Shown here in pieces: positions 59,926 to 64,000 of a stretch of DNA of 64,000 bases. This stretch comes from a virus. Its lineage: Duplodnaviria > Caudoviricetes. A program made the translations under genes and the position numbers. The notes beneath the pieces are model-generated. The model did not search any database. It was given only the letters and a program-made list of their open reading frames with translations, and was not told the origin of the DNA. The DNA is taken from positions 1 to 64,000 of IMG/VR virus record IMGVR_UViG_3300032332_001787; one strand, given 5' to 3'. Position 1 is the first letter of the stretch, and each line of letters opens with the position of its first letter.

Positions 59926-62900
59926 GTGCCGATGCTTGACAAAGACGAAGCTCTGTTGTATACTGTTGTTACTGATAGGGGTAAAAAACTTAATTTTAGG
60001 CTGAAAAAGATGTATAAAATGATTCAACTGACTGATAAGGAACTAGAACTCTTAGCCTCTATGATTCGGTATTATATTGACCAAAAGAGGAACAAACCTG
60101 ACTTTGAAATCAATAATGCTCACATTATGCTACGTCATATTAGTGGGAAACTGTCCCATAACAATAGAAATCAAATAGCCTTTTTGGGGAAATGAACCCA
60201 TCTCATTTATCAAATGAAAAAGAAATCAAAAAAAATGAAAATTAACGAGTATATGTCATCCGTTGCTACCTATATCGAAAACGAATATGGGCCAGACGAT
60301 GACTTTAAGGAATTAACTATGGATGAAAAATATGCCATCAAGATGATGCTGGCATTTCATTACCAAGAAAATAATAGCATCAATAATGCAGCTAGTGATG
60401 TTATTAGTTACATTCGTGATAATAGGAAATGGATGAGGGAGAATATTAAATGATTGATAATGAAACTCTACAAAATGTTGTTATTAAAGAATACGAAAAG
60501 TCCCAAAAGGATATTCAGCCAGTATGGGTGGGCGAAGGATGGTACAAGGGTACTCCTAATTCTTTTAACTATTTCTCTTCTGGATTTGAGGCGGGCATGG
60601 AGTTTTATAAACAGTTAAATATAGCTAAACAAGTAATGGTTGAGGATAGTGAGGCTCTTAGAAATTTAAGTAAATAGATTGGAAAATAATGAGTAGTATT
60701 GTAATCAAAGATAGTTATAAGGCTGATGTTTTCAATTTTGATGTTGAGCAGAATGGGGGTTTGTCAACTTTAACTATTAACAATGTTATTTCTTGGCAAT
60801 GGATTCAGATGAAATTGACCAAGGATGAAATTCGGGGATTAGCCAGTTTTCTTAACCAATTTGTAGAGGACAACCCATGAACGATAAACTGAAGAGTAAT
60901 ATCAGAAACTTTATTGTTGATTATGATAATACTGTGAGTGATTTTAATATGGCTGATTATGATTTGTGGCTTGAGACTGCTGTTAATCTTTTACAGGAAG
61001 TTTTGGATAATAAATAATGACTAAACCCCTTAATGTTGGAAAAGTATTGGTAGAAAGACTAAAAAGATTTACTGAAAATATGGAGACTAAACTAATGATT
61101 GATCAAAAAACTTGGACAGACCTTTTGGGAGAGCCTCAAGGTAATGAGAGTGTTGATGGGAAAGATATTGTGAGGGAAGTTAGTCTTCATAGATTTAAAA
61201 TATTGTGGTCATTTGATAGCAATAAAGAAGCTAATTGGATTTATACTTATTGGACAACTATGGAGAATAACTAATGTATACAGTTTGTTGGGAAGATACT
61301 TACGGGGAAAGGTTTTGGGAAGTAATTAGCGGCGAAGATGCTATGAATATTAGAGTTCATGAGTTATGTGAATCTGGTATTGTCGAAGAAGAAGATATTG
61401 TTGTGGGGCAAATTATCTAAAGTGGAGAATAACTAATGACTAGATTAAATTTGGATTTGACAACTAGACAAATTAATATTCTATTTAAGGCTTTGGAAAG
61501 TCTTGAGAGAGATAATAATGTGGCAAATTTTGATAGTGATCTTAGTGATGATATTATTAAATTGACTAGATATTTGGATAGTGTAGTATTTGTTGAGAAT
61601 AAATAATGACCTATCCAAAAGTAAGAGAATTAGTTGCCTCATACTGGTATAAAAACTCAAAGGCTATTCCTATAGAGTTTACTATTTATGGAGGCAGTAA
61701 TGATGTTAGTTCTACTGAGTATAGCTATTATGATGTTTATGATCGTGGTGGAATTCTTATTGGAATTAATTTAACTCCATATTCACCATTTGACCACTTT
61801 CCCTCATACGATGAAGTATATGATTTGATTAAAGACAATCTGGAGAACAACTAATGGCTGGACTTGTATTGTTTGGTATATTAGGATATATGGCTTGTAT
61901 ACGAATTTATGATTGGTGGAATGGATATGGGGAGTTATTTTAATGACTAATGAAGATAAAGAAGACTGTTTAAGTATTCTCAAAGATATCAAAGATATGT
62001 GTATCAAATGTGATTATCACGACGCTAAAACAGCAGAATTGATACATGACATAGATATGTCGGTTCGTGCGGTTATTGAGATTATCGAAAACAAACCAAT
62101 TCAAATTGAAAGAATGTTCTAATGATAGTTCATATTAAAGAAGAATTATCTAAGCTAGATCGTAATGATTTTATAGCAGTTAATGATCTTGTTGATAAAA
62201 TAATTTTTGATCTTAGTGATCTTCTAATTGATGTGGGCGATGAAATTATGCTTGATGCGGCGAAGGACTATATGATTGACCTTATTAATCCTGAGTTATT
62301 GGATTTTGATAATGACCAAAGCTGAATACAAGAAGTACCATTCTAAGGTAGTAGAGTATATTTATTCAGAATATAGGGATTTTCATTTTCATAGGATGAA
62401 GAACGGATCATTGTTAATTCAATTAAGTCCAATAGACAAGCATCTATTCCATTTGCTTATTAAAACTCTATCTAATCCAAAAGATAGTATCAATAATGTT
62501 GCTGCTCATGTAATTGAGGCGATGTATATAAACTTGTGGAATAGGTCTAAGTATGACACTTCTCAGAACTTTGATTCTTGAATATGACACTATTGAGATT
62601 CATTATAATGAACTTTTGAAGAACAAACCTTACTTGATCAGGGTTTTTAGCTATAATAGTAGTGACCCTACTGAACTCAGAGTGGATGAAAACCAAGTCA
62701 ACAATCTATATCAAACTCTTAAAGAATACTATCTATTATGATTAATCAAGAAGTTTTAAACAAAATGAAAGAACAATATGAAAAAGCTAAAGCTCTAGCT
62801 AAAGAAGTTTGGGATGATGGAGATCATGAGGGAGATGCTAATGAGAAATATTATTTTGAGACTGGATTTATTGCTGGGCTGGCTTGTGGACTAAAACAAA

Positions 62901-63550
62901 ATTTAGAAGAGAAATAGTATGAGAATCATTAATGAAAGACGATCTCAAATAGATGGTAATCCCCTAATATCTTGTATATTAGAATATAATGGTAAATTAT
63001 TTAAGATTTCTGATTGTCCAACTAAATTATTTATATGGTCAGAATTGAATGGATGGCTATTTATAGATTATGGAGACACAAAAGAAACTACACAAAAAAG
63101 TATAGAACAATTTTTGTGGATAATGAAAGCATACACAAATGAAAACATTTGATATATCAAAAGATAATGATATTTATCTACAATCCCCAACTTTAAAAGA
63201 AGTATTAAGAGCTGGTGAGGATTTGTGTCATCATTTAAAAGTTCCTTATGATCCTTATAAAATTAGAATAACTACTGATTATGGAACCAAGGTAGTAATT
63301 TACTACAAGGAAAATGACAAAGACTAAAGATTTTCAAAAACAATTACTCTACCTTATTGGCAAAATAGAAAAGATAGAAGATTTATGCAAAGAAGAGGTT
63401 GCTGAACCATTCGGGCCTCATCTTGATACTATAGACTTTATGAAGGTGCTTGAGGGTAGTAAAAAATTAACATATTCAGAAGGATTAGAGGCTGGAATAT
63501 CTCATATGGCAAGACAAATATTAAGGATTCTTTATGATGAACGAAACTAA
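59926..63550 (+). other. Dense run of small AT-rich hypothetical ORFs
   Basis: About 20 co-oriented ORFs of 40-100 aa with overlapping stop/start junctions and no recognisable domains. Confidence 0.7.
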
Positions 63551-63992
63551 TTTTGATATTAGACCAACAATAATAGTATTAGGAACAGTTATAGGGCTAT
63601 TATTCTCTATTTTTGTTCTTAATCCTATTCACAAAAAAAATATACAAAAACTATCAGAACCACCACTGATAACTTGTAATCAATGTAAAGGCTCTGGAGA
63701 ATATCCAACAGACATTAATAAACTTATGATGGATGCTAGTTTGGCATTATTCATAAATCATCATCTTATGGTTGACAAGTGTGAAAAGTGTGTTAAACTA
63801 CCCTACGGTGATGGTTACGATTATTGCGACATTGTTCAGAACAAATACAAGATTTTACTTCAAGAATATGGTGCTGCTGGGCCAAAAATAGATATGGCGG
63901 CTTGTGAAAAATGTATGGGAATGGGCCAATTTACCACAGTGAAAAAAGATGGGTCATATATGACTCAAGAAGAATATAATGAAACCAATTGA
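63534..63992 (+). CDS. Membrane-anchored protein with DnaJ-type CxxCxGxG zinc motifs
   Basis: N-terminal TM segment; CNQCKGSG and CEKCMGMG. Confidence 0.55.
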   Translation: MMNETNFDIRPTIIVLGTVIGLLFSIFVLNPIHKKNIQKLSEPPLITCNQCKGSGEYPTDINKLMMDASLALFINHHLMVDKCEKCVKLPYGDGYDYCDIVQNKYKILLQEYGAAGPKIDMAACEKCMGMGQFTTVKKDGSYMTQEEYNETN

Positions 63993-64000
63993 AGTTGGAT

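Overview
A 64-kb piece of a large tailed dsDNA phage genome (Caudoviricetes). The host is probably a Planctomycetota bacterium, an inference from planctomycete-style small secreted proteins. The genetic code is standard, and I see no rRNA, CRISPR/cas, integrase or reverse transcriptase. Bases 1-33.4 kb are almost all on the minus strand and hold the late module. In transcription order this is a sigma-factor-like gene, gmd, HNH and ERCC4 nucleases, large terminase, portal, protease/scaffold, decoration protein and major capsid, then about 22 kb of modular tail-fibre/adhesin genes interleaved with glycan-modifying enzymes. Bases 33.5-64 kb are on the plus strand and hold an early/accessory region of tiny ORFs, 9 tRNAs (one with a group I intron, one Ser-ACT) and three free-standing homing-type endonucleases. 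Two features stand out. (1) Seventeen copies of a rigid 82-bp element (two 11-7-11 palindromes separated by exactly 24 bp) at 35.4-54.7 kb. They divide the early region into roughly 1-kb cassettes, often starting at or just after the previous stop codon and usually followed by a strong sigma70-type promoter. (2) A promoter-driven, about 700-nt, hairpin-dense RNA at 44017-44716 with no convincing ORF, punctuated three times by TAYAATACAA. Two further repeat families and a candidate late-promoter motif were also found. All product calls come from motif recognition by eye, with no database searches.
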